64,000 nt of DNA, taken from NCBI RefSeq assembly GCF_009914755.1, contig NC_060928.1; one strand, written 5' to 3'. A program made the position numbers and the translations under genes. The DNA comes from the human T2T-CHM13v2.0 reference genome, Homo sapiens. The notes beneath the pieces are model-generated. The model was not told the origin of the DNA. It was given only the letters and a program-made list of their open reading frames with translations, and made no database searches. Of the stretch, positions 1 through 15,635 are shown piece by piece. Each line of letters opens with the position of its first letter. Positions within the stretch are counted from its first letter, which is position 1.

Positions 1-770
1 TGGCAGAGAAAAAAACACATACTACAATGTAATTTGCAACTACGCCTCATGGCTTATTATATAACATTGACATTAATCAAAACCAGCAGGAAAAGCACTA
101 GGTGAGTTCTGTGAGCAAGAACTCTCAAACAAACACATTGCAAATGGTTTCCTTATTCTTGTAGCATATTTTTCACCCTTGGTACAGTCCTTTGGCTGTG
201 GTACAATAATTTCAAAATTTTTCTGCCAACAATTCCCATGAGGTGTAGATACTGGGACTATATTTGGCCTCACTAATAATTATTCTTCACTTCATTTGCA
301 TGTGTTTTTATTATAACTTTATTCCATAAATTAAATTTCTGTATTTCAAATTTGATTGATAAGTTTAATTCTATCTTGTTAGCTTTCGACCATCTTCTTT
401 TCTTCCCTTAATGATGCACTTAAACAATGTGCATCTTTCCATACATCTGCTTCTTGTCTCTTTCTGTTCTCTCCTGCTGTCACTCACTTGCCTTGTTTTG
501 CACTTTTTCTTTCCTCTCCATAAGATCTGTATCTTTTTTATATCTGGTTGACATTAATAGATTCCTGTAAATCTGCAGTTTAACTGTGTTCATTTATACC
601 ACTAATATTAACGTCTTTCTTTTCTTCTATTCAGTGAATTTGCTTTTGCTCCTTAAATTCCACTCTCAACAATTGCCTGGGAATAAAATCCTTTACATGA
701 ATAACTCTGTGAAAGAATATGAAACGTATGGAGACCTTTGATGCACATTGCCAATTACATTAAAAAAAGG

Positions 771-1010
771 ACAGCATAGTGGTCAATAGCACTGGCTCCA
801 GACCATGGTAACTGTGTTTGAATCCTGATTCCTGTATTTGTTTGCAATGTGACTTAAGGAAAGTTACTGAACTTCTCTAACCGTCAATTTTCTCATCTTT
901 AACGTGTGAGTAATAATAGAAGCTACCACATACGGTTGCTGTTAAGATTATATGAATTGATACATGTAACTAGAACAATGCCCAGCATAAATTTGAGTGG
1001 TTATTATTAT
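771..1010 (+). mobile_element. MIR SINE
   Basis: MIR core-like gtttgaatcctgattcc...tgtgacttaaggaaagttactgaacttctct...ttttctcatct...gttgctgttaagatta. Confidence 0.8.
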
Positions 1011-1702
1011 AATTTCTGTTTCTAAGACAATATCTGTTTATTATTTCAAGAAGAGTTAATTATTTCATGTACCTTCTTACAATGCTTATCTTTTAACAAA
1101 GTATTTCTAAATTTACAAAAAAACCTTCTTTTTTAAAATTTATTTTTCAAAGAAAAGTGTTAACAGCAGCCCTGTAATCTCTTCTGTCCTCGAGGCAGAT
1201 AAACACCAGGGAATAAATAGCCTAGAGGAGATCTACTTATAAACAAGCTGATGACTTTAACTCATCTCATAAACATGTTAATGGTTCTTATTAGGGGAAA
1301 GATACTAGAGTCCTCATGTATAAAATATTTTGAGAAAGATATACCTAGTCATTCTAGACTCCTCACTGTAAATAATTCTGAACTTCGTGGATTCATGCAA
1401 CGTGGCTAATTAGAGAACAGAAGCATCTTTGTAGAAACCAGCTTCTATTTATGTAATCAACAGGGTATAAATCATAACTGTTCAGAAAGGAAAATGACTT
1501 CTTTTTCTAACCAGTATTTATCCTTATCTTGTTCATAATCCTCACTGCTAATCTAGAACCAAAATATTTTCCCAATGTGAGTAAATAGAGGTGACTTTAA
1601 AAGCTGCATTTAAAGATTTCAGAATACAAGAGAAATCCCTCATTTATACATGATGTTTGTTTATCTCTTTTGAATCACTAGATATGTTATATGTTGATAT
1701 AT

Positions 1703-1890
1703 GGTGTGTGTGTGTGTGTTTGTGTGTGCATATGTATGTTTATATGTTTTTTATGTCAATAATATAAATATAAAATTATATATCTATGTAATAAATATAT
1801 AAAAATTATATTTTACTATGATTTTATATATAATCATATATGATTATACACATATATATCTATAGAATCATATATAAATATATGTAAATT
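1703..1890. repeat. (TG)n followed by AT-rich low-complexity tract
   Basis: gtgtgtgtgtgtgtgtttgtgtgtg, then TA-rich runs. Confidence 0.85.
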
Positions 1891-2941
1891 GCCTAATTCT
1901 GATATGGCAATTCAACCTTTTGTGATAAAAGAAATGTGTATTTGTTTTATTGTGTTTTATTTCTTTGTTATTTGTAAACCATCTATCATAAGCTGTCAAT
2001 GAACACCTTAGGCAGTAAATATCAGGAATTTGATTAAGTGTGTGATCTAAGGTAGGCTTCACCTATAAAGCATTTGTTATTTCTACTTACCATAAAATAT
2101 GGTAAGTTTAGTATGTCTTTATGACTAACATTCTCTCAAATCAAGTGTTCTAATCATAATGCATGTAACAGTCATAGATTGTTACTGATTTCTGAGTTAT
2201 CTTCATGTGGCCATAATTTTGAACAGTTCTTTCTTGTTTTTGTTTCTCTATTTTTCATGATATATCAATATAAATTTAGCCACATTTTTGTAGCTTTGTC
2301 TCGTTTGAAAGCAACTCATTGTCTTAGTCTTATATAAGTGATTTTTTTTTTCCTTTGGCATCATGACATCTTTCTGTCCCTGCTCTCTGAATATAGATAC
2401 AAAAAACTGATACAGGTCAGACTGAGAGGAGCTTCTAAGGATGATGCAGGATTCTGGGAAAATCCATCCGCGTCTGGTGAGGAAACAACGAGTTAATGCC
2501 AAATATGACACCCTTAAAAGCATTACATAAATAGAGGCAACCAAAAAGTAATCAACATATGTCAAAAGTAGAGACAACTAATGCACTATGTAGACAAATA
2601 TAGTGATGTCTTTTATGGATCCTTTTTGAAAAGGAGAAAATGCAGCAGAATCTCTCTTCTCCAAGTCTTAGGTACCCTTCCCAAAAGACTTCACAGTTGT
2701 TTAATTTTTTTCAAAAACTGTGGGAAATAAGTAAGGAAAATACTAAGCCAAAGTTAAATAAGTTACTGTATTGTAGAATAGTTCAATCTTTAAAGTGCTA
2801 ATATATTGTTGGAGTCTTCAGGATGAGAACCATAAAATGTGGCTTTTCCCAAATAAAATACTTCTCTTTCATATGATATCCAATAATATCTCATAGAATT
2901 TTATTGTTTCATGGAACACATTTTGAAGAAGTTAACTTTAA

Positions 2942-4205
<1,264 letters not shown>

Positions 4206-5964
4206 AAAATATCAATTATCTTTCTTCTGACTTTCTCTCCTGGTCATCAAGTTGCTATCAGGAACTCCCAGAGTCTAGAGAGAGTTTCCATTCAGCTATT
4301 TGTCATTTAGTTGACTGAATAAAGAAATTGAGTTTTTTTGCCATATATAAAGGCTTGCATGAATATCAGAGAGCAGTCTAAAACGTATCAAGAGATGAAA
4401 AAAGTGTTCTCTTTCATAATTTCTGATTCAGCACCCACTATACACAGAAGATCACGGTTTTTGTCTTTGAATGACAAAAAAGTGATCTCTTTCCTCTCTA
4501 GGCTTCTGATGTACTGTAACTTTCACAATATAAATCGCTCATTTTATGTATTAATAACATTTACCTAATTTTTCTCTCACCTTTAAATGACCATAGAATT
4601 TATACTGGTGAAAGTTATTTCAGTGATTTTTGAGAGCCACAATTTTATCCTGTCATTCCAAAACATGATTTTAACTGTACCTCCCATTTTTCATCTTTAT
4701 AATCTAAAAGAATATTTGTTGCATAGTAGGTGGGGCCTCATTCATATCAATAGTTACACATTGCTTTACAAAGTTGCCTGCTCCTATATTGCCATATTTT
4801 CTTTATCAATATTCTATTTGGAAATGTGATTAATTTGTCTCACCATGTTTATGGAGTTAATAAAACTGCTTAAAATCTATCACTTATGTTAACTTCTTAG
4901 TTAAGTCCTCCAGCACCTGTTACTAACCACTTTCTCCCAAAATATGTTACATTTTACCAAATTTGTTGTTTTTTGTGTCTTCCGTATTTTGTGCTATTTT
5001 AAACTAATATATATTCTTGAACCAAAACAACGATGAAAAATATTGATCAAGTGTTCTTTAGATTTTTTCTTTCAACTATTTAAAGACTTATATAAATCTG
5101 TATTTTCTCTAGAATTCTTTAAATCTTGTATATCCCAAGTAAAGGACATATAGTCACTTCTATCCTTAATTGACACTTCTTCCTGAGAAATGGTTGAGTC
5201 ACAAATACATATGCTTTTCAGGAAGTACAGTTTTATTTCAACCAAGTCCTTGTGAGATATTTCTAGTCCTTCTGAGAATGCAAGTCTTTATGAAACAGAA
5301 CATATGTTCCATTTTACAGCCTGTCCCACTTTCTTGGTAGTTGTATTATTTTCTGTAGATTTATTTTCTTCCAAGCCACCTGATACATTTTCCAAATAGT
5401 TGCTCACATATATAGAATGTTTCAATAGCTAGGTAATAAAAATTATTATAAATATACATGTGTATTAAGAAATTATATTAAAAAGACTTTTGTAAAAACA
5501 TGGTGTTCTCTGAAAGTGGGCAAAAGCTCATTTTCAGATTTTAGTTGTTATCTAAACATATTTGAAACCAGTATCATTCTCACTTGAAGCGAAAGTGTGA
5601 AATGGTAAAATGCTAAAACTAAAAAGAGTTCTTTTTAGTTCTCAAGAGCAGTAGATGAGCATAAGTATCTGAAGAACAAGTCAAACGAATGAGCTTATGA
5701 ATGATAATAATCTAAATTCAGGAATCAAATTTACTTATCTTTGTTTTACCCTCATAACTTCCTTCAGTGTCCTGTCCATAAGAGGTGAGTAATAAATGCT
5801 ATTGAGTAACTGATTAAATAAATGAAAGGGTGAATATATCAAAACATATGACTTATCTCTCTGTACATATACATATACACACATATGTATGTATATGTAA
5901 ATATATATGCATGTAAAACAAACTCATGGCTGCTAACATATATACATATGCAAGTGTGTATGTA

Positions 5965-6291
5965 TAGCAGTCTCCCCTTATCTGTGACACTGCTCTCTGT
6001 AGTTTCAGTCACCTGCAGTCAGTCAGCCATGGTGCAAAAATAGGTTAGTACACTACAATAAGATATTTTGACACAGAAATAAAGAAATCACATTTAAATA
6101 ACTTTTGTAACAGTATACCATATTTTCTAAATTTTATTATTAGTTGTTAATCTTTTATTGTGCTTAATTCATAAATTAAAATTTATCATAGTTTTGGGAA
6201 AACATATATATAAGATTTGGTAGTATTCATAGTATCAGGAATCCACAGGGGGTTTTGGAACATCTCAATCATGAATCAGGGGGAGCTATTC
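5965..6291 (+). mobile_element. MER44A-like Tigger-derived non-autonomous DNA transposon
   Basis: cagtctccccttatc…aaaataggttagtacactacaataagatattttga…aggaatccacagggggttttggaac…ggggagctattc with TA flanks. Confidence 0.85.
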
Positions 6292-6492
6292 TATAGTGAG
6301 TGTGAGAGAGAATCTCAAATCACATTAAGGATTATATCATCATAAAAAATAAATATGAGAAACATACTGAAAAAAATACTGAAAATCTACCACATGCATG
6401 ACATATATATAGGCTTATTGCTTACCAAGATGTATAGGATGAATATCTTGCCATTAATGGATTCCATGTCTAGTTTTATAGACTCCAGGAGA

Positions 6493-6495
<3 letters not shown>

Positions 6496-6527
<32 letters not shown>

Positions 6528-6546
6528 CTCTCTCTCTCTCTCTCTC
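6496..6546. repeat. Compound (CA)n(CT)n microsatellite
   Basis: Directly visible. Confidence 0.95.
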
Positions 6547-7810
6547 CTATTTTGCTGAGTGAAAATATCTTCTCAAAAGAAGATATTGATGTAAAGCTTA
6601 ATAAGTCATTCTATCCTAAGGCTAAATGAAAATAAATGAATAATTTGACAACTTCAAAAATGCAAAGTCGATAAAAGATTCCAATCTCAACCAATGTTGA
6701 AATGAAAGCTATTGGAGACCTTGTAATGCTTAGAAATATATGTGCAGCCAAGCACTATCCCGCCTCTCAAGACATGAGCAAAATTCTTCTCTTTGTAGAA
6801 TATAAATCCAGACCATGTTCCCATTGGCAGCGTGGATCTAAAGCAATGCTGGAGATTCATTAAGTTCCCAAAGTGCATCACTCCATCCTCAAAAATCCTG
6901 TGATGGGAACTTATGAGGTTAGATTCTCTTCAAGTTCACCTTAGTGGTTTTGATACTTTTGTCAGCATTACAGCTAGAAATTGCATTGAAATATCTTATG
7001 ATTGATTTTTTTGTCAGATAATAATGTTATTTTCATGAATTTTACTGAATCTAGATAATATTTGTTGCCTCTCTATGGTGTTTGCAATAGAAGTGCTGAA
7101 GGCACTGTGACACTTTGGTTAAAGGGATAATAGAAAAAGGTTACATGATGACCAGTGCCTGTGACAGTTCTTGAAATTTTAACACAAGTAACTGTCTGAT
7201 AGCAAGGCTGATATCTGACAGCTGCTATGATGAGGAAGGCCAGACTCTTGAAAGTATGTATAGCTTCTCTCCATTGCCCTTCAGGTATAATAGCACTACA
7301 CACTCCTGCATGACAATTCTGAATGGACAGCTTATATGTAATTGATATATTCAGGGTGGTGGATTTAAGTTTTGATAGCTTCCATAAAGCAGTAGCTGTA
7401 TTTTATTCAAAGTATCTTCTAAAATATGATTATTGTATCTCTTAACAACTAAAAATGTGAAAACATTTACATACATGTATGTTTACATATTTAGATAAGT
7501 ATAACTTAACTATAAATAATAGAAGTGGAGTTTCTGTTTAAAGAAGTATATTTAACATTTTTATATGTCATAATATGTTTCTCTACCAGATAGTTGATAA
7601 GGACTTTCAATTCACAAGAATGTTAAAAAGAGGATTGGATCAAACTTTTGAAGAGTTTCTCAAGCTACTTGGTGAAAAAAATGCTATCTATACTTTAAAT
7701 GTTTATTTATCTAAAGATGAGTGTGATAATCTTTTTCATATTTTACTGGATATTTGTAATTATTTTTCTATTAACAACCTGCTAATGATATTTGGATAGT
7801 TTTCTGTTGG

Positions 7811-8126
7811 ATTATTATTTATTTTTATTTATTTATTTATTTTGAGATGAAGTTTTGCTCTCCTTGCCCAGGCGGAGTGCAATGGTGCGATCTTGGCTCA
7901 CTGCATCCTTCACCTCATGAGTTCAAATGATTCTCTTGCCTCTGCCTCCCAAGTAGTTGGGATTACATGTGCTCACCACCACGCCCAGCTAATTTTTGTA
8001 TTTTCAGTAGAGACAGGATTTCACCATGTGGGCCAGGCTGGTCTCAAACTCCTGAACCTCAAGTGATCCACCCACCTCAGCCTCCCAAAATGTTAAGATT
8101 ATAGGCATGAGCCACCGTGCCCAGCC
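7811..8126 (-). mobile_element. AluS
   Basis: (TTTA)n tail, tgagatgaagttttgctc…gagccaccgtgcccagcc. Confidence 0.95.
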
Positions 8127-8859
8127 TTAAGTTTTTTATAATAGGTAGAAAACTAGAAACTGCTCAGTCTACCTCTCCATAACTACTTGCTGAAGAGACA
8201 AAAAATAAAAACAACCACACGCAGAGGAGCACACACAGAGACAACCCTACCAACTTTTCTTGGGTCGGAGAACCCAAGAAAAAGACATGGTTTTGAGATT
8301 AAAATCCCAGAAGTTTAATCCTTAAAGGAAATAAAGAAACAATGATTGTAAAAGTAATAAGATATGCTGGTAATTATATTTTTTGTTTGTGTATCCCATT
8401 AATGAAGAGTTTCAAAGGATTAGACAAGGAAAAGTATAGATGGTCCTTTCACTTCATCAGAACTGCATAGGAAATATGATTATTAGATTCCAGGAGTCTT
8501 AATGGATGCTATGTCTGTTCTCCAATTATGAGTATTAAAAATAGAATATTTCACACATTTTCTATAAGAAAAGCCAAGGGAAACTCATGTGATCTCTCTG
8601 TTGGCAAATAATAAATCATGATATTATAAGCATCTTCTTATTCAGGAAAAAACAGATACATAATAAAACATCCAAACTATACACACAAAACTATAGAACA
8701 GAGTTTTGGGCATTCTTGTAAAGCAATCAAATTTACACCCTCAATATATTCCCAAAGCTGTGTGGAAGAGAGTGAGACTAGCATACATATGGGAAAACCT
8801 CCTAGAACAATATTCTAGAAGCCCAAGCAAAAAAGAAAAAGAAAGGTGAAAATTTGAGG

Positions 8860-9335
8860 TTGTTAAAGGTAGACTGAAAAATATGGGCATATTAAATGTA
8901 TTTTAAGATGGAATTAGCAATACTTGGTATTTGAAAGGATCTTAGTGGTAAAGAAAAGGGAAGCATCATAGATGATGCTGATGATATTCCAGGATGAACT
9001 AGTAACTAGGTGGACTGGAATGAGATAGGGAACCATGAAAAAGAAGGAAGATTTCTGTGTTGGCCATGTTCTGAGGTAGGAGAGAGATTATAAAATCAGT
9101 TTTCGACAAGATTTCAAGTTTTGTGTGAGAGATCTGGGTATATCACTTAACATCAAAAGAGTGTTCTGAATTGTTTATATACATTACTAAATATTAGTCA
9201 TATTTCACTGATAGTATGGGTCTGAATATGATCACTGAAAAAAACAGTGTAGTGTGAGAAGGGCCAGTGATTAAGCCCTTTAGAGAAACAATAACACTGA
9301 AGCAGTAAGTAGAAAGAAGGAGCCAAGAAAGAGAC
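8860..9335 (-). mobile_element. L2 fragment
   Basis: Degenerate purine-rich antisense L2 motifs (gatggaattagcaatacttgg…gagatagggaac…agttttcgaca). Confidence 0.55.
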
Positions 9336-9700
9336 TGTCTTAGTTTGTTCTTGTTGCAGTAATAAAATGCCATAAGGGGGGAGCTTGTAAACAACAGAAA
9401 TTTATTCCTCACAGTTCTGAAGGCTGGAAAGTCCAAGATCAAGGTGCCAGTAGATTCAATATCTGGTAAGGGCCAACTTTCTAGTTTATTGATTACGATC
9501 TTCTTGCTGTGTCTTCAAATGGTGAAATGGATGAGGGAGTTCTCTGAGGACTCTTTTATACGGGCACTAATGCCATTCATGAGGGATCTGTTCTCATGAC
9601 CTTATCACCTCCAACGACTCCACTTCCTAATGCCATCAAATTAGGGGTTAAGATTTCAGCAATTAAGTTTTTGGAGAATGTGAACATTCAATCTGTAGCA
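9336..9700 (-). mobile_element. MLT1A-type MaLR solo LTR
   Basis: tgtcttagtttg…aacaacagaaatttattcctcacagttctgaaggctggaaagtccaagatcaaggtgccag…aacattcaatctgtagca. Confidence 0.9.
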
Positions 9701-10039
9701 GGACCGACCTAGAAGAAGTTGAGAAGTTATTTGAAGAAACGAGAGAAAAAATATGAAGTTCTAGTGTTACACAAGCCAGGAAAAGATAACTTTCAAGGAA
9801 AGACAACATTGTCAACCTAAAATAAAATAAAATAATTCTGCAAATTTGATTAGAATAACTGAAAATATGTATTTTTATTGAGTACTATATAATCATTTTT
9901 AAGTTTAGCAGGAACATCTTGAAATTCTTGTTATTAGTACATGCATCAAACCAGTGAAATAATGCCTAAATACTTTAAATCATTAAGAAAATAATGTGTA
10001 TCACAACTAACTTATTTTGCAGTTAGGACAATTTAAAAT

Positions 10040-11720
10040 ATTTTAGATATGCCAGAAATAGTAAAACAGCATCTATGCAACATTTTTGAAAATGACTATA
10101 ATACTGGTGCTAAAATCAACAGATAGATTAATGGAACAATATATACAGAGACCTGAAATTATCTCTAGGATCTTTAAGATCTCAATACCTAATAAAGGAA
10201 GCATCACTAATGAATAAAAAGTCATGCATTCCTTCAAAAATGTAGACATAAATTTTGACTATCTAAAAAAATTTAACTCAATATATTATAAGATCATTTC
10301 AGGAGAATTACATATTTATTCATAAAATTACTATAATTAAATTCATTGGAAAAATTTAAGTAATTGCTTACCAAATTTAAAAAAATCACAACTGGACACT
10401 GAAAAATATTGCCAACTGATTTCATGCATTTGCTATTTTTTCCAAAATTTTTTAAGAAAAATTCAAGAAAATGTAAGTATATATAATTAAGAGAGAAATG
10501 AAATATTAACTAAGAAATTGTAACAATATATTATAAAGTAACATTTCATGACCAAGTACATTTTATCTCAGAAATACAAAGATCATTCAACATACAACAT
10601 AATTCCATATAATTTTTTGTTAATACATCAAAGACCAAAAACATACTATTACCTCAATAGATATAAAAAAATATTTTAATAAAGTTATTCAACTAAGTAA
10701 AAACATACTTGTAAACTAAGTAATGAAAAGATTTGTGTAAACTCCAAATTAAAAATCGTAAGGCAGAAAACTGATTATTATAATAATTGTGAAATTAAGA
10801 ATCTAATATTTAATAAAGATCATAAAATACAAAGAAATGAAAAGAAGACAAGTTTTAAAAGATATTTACAATGTTTATAATAAGCAAGGAAGTTAAAGAG
10901 ACTCCTGAAAATTGGCACAACAACAAAGGGAAGCTGTGGGAGAAGACTCTCAATGGAAAAATAAACAAAGATATAAACAGATTCACAGATAGGGACAACC
11001 AAAAGGTAAATAATAATAGAAAGAAATAGTCAAACTCATTAGAAATTAGAGAAATGAGAAAAAACAAAAACAGAACATAACTTTGCTTCTAAAAATTAAC
11101 AAAAATTACAAATCTGATAAGTGTAGGCAGATATTTGGTATTCAGGAATTTTTGTCTACTAAAGTTGGAAGTGTAGATTAGTATGTTCATTATGGAGAAC
11201 AATCCAGCAACATTTAGCCAAATTAGAAACAAATGTATTATTTGTTTCAGATTTTTTGCTACTAGTTATGGAGGCCTAGGAAATTCTCACATATATCCAT
11301 AAAGATATGCACACAATGAAGTTCACCTCATTGTTTGAGGCTGTGAGGTATTGGAGGCAATCTGCGCCACCTTCTCTGGGAAAATGGATAAGTAAAATAT
11401 GTTGAATGTATATTAAGGAATATTACGCAGAAATTAGAATCAATTATGTTAGAAACTACATTTAGAATGCAGTGTGAACACAAGGAATTAATAAATTCAG
11501 GTTTATAATGTGATTTCCCTAAAGTTACAAAAAATACATATACTATATATAGTTTTATGTACATATATATCACACAATATATAACATAAATACGTATATA
11601 CATGACACATATCAGAATGGCTTCCTTTGTAGAATTGAGAAGTTAGAGTGAAAGATTAGAAATATATTGGAATAAAGTCATATTACATACACCAATGTTG
11701 CCATATTGTAAAGATTCAGA
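10040..11720 (+). mobile_element. Old L1M (L1MC/ME-type) ORF2/3' fragments
   Basis: Degenerate L1 motifs: atactggtgctaaaatcaacagatagattaatggaaca; catgaccaagtacattttatctcagaaatacaaag; ggaagtgtagattagt…tatggagaacaat. Confidence 0.65.
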
Positions 11721-12340
11721 TTTATTAACTTAATTCTCCCTACCTAAAACTTTCTCTCTCTTTATCTAACTGATTTAGTTTACAGGAGATTATAAGAAAA
11801 CTTCTAAAGAATATCATTGATATATGTGACTTCATAAAAATGTATATACAGTCAAATAGCAGATAGACATATGACAAACTGAAAACACACTTTGTAGTAA
11901 ATATGACAGGCATAAATTTAAATGCATTGACATGTAAGTTTTACACATCAATAAATACAAACATAGTTTCTTTAAATTATATGTAATAGCCTTTTCACAT
12001 AAAATAAATACAAAGTCCAATAAACATATAAACAATATTCAATCTAATTCAAAGTCATGCAAATTTTTTAAACTATGTGGTATTTTTTAACCAAGGAATA
12101 AGAAAATATAACGTTTTCATAGTATGGAATGCTCCTTAAATGATGGTTGAAAAAAAGAAATTAATAAGTCTATATGAAAATTTTTTGCATGGCTTATGTC
12201 AAGCACAAGTGCCCAAAATGATGAGCAAAAATGAAGGCTCTTTTTCTGGCAATAGTGTGACGATAAAATTTTATCACATGAAAAATAAGAAAAAAAGAAA
12301 GCAAAAGTTCTCATTTCACATATGTCAAAATGCTAAGAGC

Positions 12341-14541
12341 CATCTATGACTAAGCCACAGCCAACATCATACTGAATGGGCAAATGTTGATAGCATTCCC
12401 CCTAGGAATTAGAATAAGACAAGGATGCCCACTCTCACCATTCCTATTTAACATAGTACTGTAATTCCTAACCAGAGAAGTCAGGCAAGTGAAAGAAATA
12501 AAAAGCATCAAAATGGGAAAAGAATAAGTCAAACTATCTCTTCTTGCTGACAATATGATTCTATGTCTAGAAAACCCTAAAGACTCTGCCAGGACCTCCT
12601 GGCAATAATAAATGACTTCATTAAAGTTTCGGGATAAAAAATTAATATACAAAAATCAGTACATTTCTGTGAACCAGAAATGTTTAGGCTAAGAGCAAAA
12701 TCAAGAACAAAATCCTATTTACAATAGCCACAAACACACACACATATGCAAACACACACACAAAAAAAAACACCTGAGAATAAATCTAACCAAGAAGGTG
12801 AAAGATCTCTACAAAGAGTACTACAAAACACTGTTGAAGAAATCATAGATGACACAAATACATGGAAAAATATTTTGTGCTCTTGGGTTAGAAGAATTAA
12901 TATTTAAAATGGTTATATTGCACACCATAATGTAGAGATTCAATGCTATTCCTATCAAAATACCAATGTCAAACTACCAGCATCATTTCAACAGATTTAG
13001 AAGAGAACTATTTTGTAATTTAGATGGAACCAAAGAAGAGCCCAAATAGCCAAAGCCATCTTAAACAAAACAAACAAACAAACAAAAAAATGGGAGGCAT
13101 CAGGTTACCTGACTTCAAACTATATTATAAGGTTACAATAACCAAAACAGCATGGAATTGGTACAAAAAGAGACACAGAAACCAATGGGACGGGATAGAG
13201 AACTCAGAAATGAAGCCTCATAACTACAACCAACTGATCTTTGAGAAAGCTCACAAAAACAAGCAATGCGGAAAGGACTCTGTATTTAATAAATAGTGCT
13301 GGGATTACTGGCTAACCATATACAGAAGAATGAAACTGAACTCTGACCTTTTACCATATGCAAAAATTAACTCAAGATGAATTAAAGATTTAAATATAAA
13401 TCCTCAAACCATACGAATTCTAGAATAAAACCCAGAAACACCATTCTGGACATTGGCCATGGGGAATAATTTATGACTAAGTTCTCAAAAACGATTGCAA
13501 CAAAAAAGAAATTAACAAGTGGGATTTAAGCAAACTAAAGAGCTTCTACACATCCAGAAAAACCTAACAACAGAGTAACAGAAAACCTACAGAATGGGAG
13601 AAAATATTCACAAACTATTCATTTGAAAAAAGTCCAATATCCAGAATCTATAAGGAACTTAAACAACTCAACAAGCAAAAAACAAATAAGCACATTAAAA
13701 AGTGGGCAAGATACACTAACAGACACTTCTCAAAAGAAGACTTACAAGCAACCAACAAACGTGAAAACGCTCAACATCACTAATCATCAGAGAAATGCAA
13801 GTCAAAACCACAATGCAATACCATCTCACGCCAGTCAGAATGGTGATTATTTAAAACAAAATAAAATAAACAGATGCTGGCAATGGTGTGGAGAAAAGAG
13901 GAAGCTTGTACACGGTTGGTGGGAATGTAAATTAGTTCAGCCACTGTGGAAAACAGTTTGAAGATTTCTCAAATAACTTAAAATAAAACTACCATTGAAC
14001 CCAATAATCCTATTACCGGATATATATCCAAAAGAAAATGAATTATTCTACCAAAAAGACACATGCACTTGTATGTTCATCACAGCACAATTCACAAAAA
14101 CAAAGGCATGGAATCAACCTAGGTGTTCATCAATGGTGGATTGGATAAAGATAACGTGGTACATATACACCATGAAATATTACACAACCAAAAAAATGAA
14201 ATCATGTTCTTTGTGGTAATATGGCTGCAGCTGGAAGCCATTCTCTTCAGTGAATTAATATAGGTATAGAAAACCAAATACTGCACATCTCACTTATAAG
14301 TAGGAACTAAATATTGCATTCTCGTAGACATAACAATAGCAACAATAGAGAGTGGAGACCACTAGAGGGGGAAAAGAGGAGGTCGGTAAGAGTTAAAAAT
14401 AACTATTGGGTACTATACTCAGTACTTGGGTGAAAGAATCAATCATTCCACGAACCTCAGCATGACACAATATACCCATGAAACAAACCTGCAATGTACC
14501 TCCTGAATCTAAAATTAAAAAGTTGAAATTTAAAATAAAAT
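12341..14541 (+). mobile_element. L1PB (PB3/PB4-like) 3' 2.2 kb
   Basis: Begins at [13 protein letters not shown]-like RT sequence; ORF fragments [13 protein letters not shown] and NQPRCSSMVDWIK; 3'UTR aactattgggtactatactcagtacttgggtga…cctgaatctaaaattaaaaagttgaaatt. Confidence 0.9.
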
Positions 14542-15324
14542 AGGTCCTCATTTCTCTGCAACTAAACAATGGAGGTTGTTAAATAAACATTTTTAAAGTA
14601 AGGAGTCTGAAATTTTATAAAATAATCAATTTTGAATTATTCCCCACTTTTGTCTAGATACAAAAAAGATCAGCATTTAAACAAAAACAAAATACAACAT
14701 TTGCTTTATTTTCCTGGTTATTTGTTTGTTCATTCATACCAAATATTAAAAATTATTTTATTTGAGTGGTATTGATGTGTGATTTTTATTTGTGCCTTTG
14801 ACATTTCTTGATTATGTAAATTTTCAACTATGCACACAAATTACATTTATATTTACAAGTATATTTAGGAGAATATTTTGAGAAAATTCAATCCACAAAA
14901 GCCCGTTACATGAAGAATGCAGTTAACTTTAACCCTTGTAGTTTTCTTGTGTTCAAATTTGAAACATTTGATTTTTATTGGTAGTGTTTGTTGGGTGGGC
15001 TAGGGAGAATCTCCAGAACCGAAGAATCTTGTGAAATAAAGAGAAGTAATAAGAGCTATGTCTGTAGTTATAATTCATCTGAGAAGTAACACCATTTGAA
15101 ATGAACAAAAAAAAACTTGAAAAAATTTTATTTAATATATGTAGGATAATATGGAACATGGAAAATTCTATTCAAAATTATTTAAGATAATTTTACTTTC
15201 CCTAGACATTTGTGAAGTCCTTCTGACACCTTTGGAGATAGTTAGGTACAAAGTAAATCTTTGAGCAAATCATGCATTTTAAGAATATTCAGAAAAGTAA
15301 AGTGTATTGCTGTGGCATGTTAAG

Positions 15325-15635
15325 TAAACCAACCATGTGATCAGAGGGTTGGAACTTTCAGCCTCACCCCTCAACCTCCAGGGAGGTGAGAGGGGCTGCA
15401 GGTTAAGCTGATCACCAATGGTTAATGACATAATCAATCATGCCAATCTAATGAATCCTCCATAAAAAACAAAAGGAGAGCTTCTGGATAGCTGAACTCA
15501 CGGAGGTCCCTGGAGGGTAGCAGCACTTGAGAGGGCATGAAAGCTCCACAACCTTTCCCCCTACCTCACCCTGTGCATCTCTTCCACCTGGCTATTATCT
15601 GCATCCTTTATAATAAACTGATAAACTTAAGAAAA
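15325..15635 (+). mobile_element. MER21-like LTR fragment
   Basis: accaaccatgtgatcagagggttggaactttcagcctcacccc…atcaccaatgg…aatcaatcatgcc…gagggcatgaaagctcc…tgcatctcttccacctggct…aataaac. Confidence 0.8.

Noticed and set aside
1-720. Possible old DNA-transposon coding remnant (ORF 73-273, minus strand)
   Set aside because: I could not identify TIRs or a transposase motif, so it is left unassigned.
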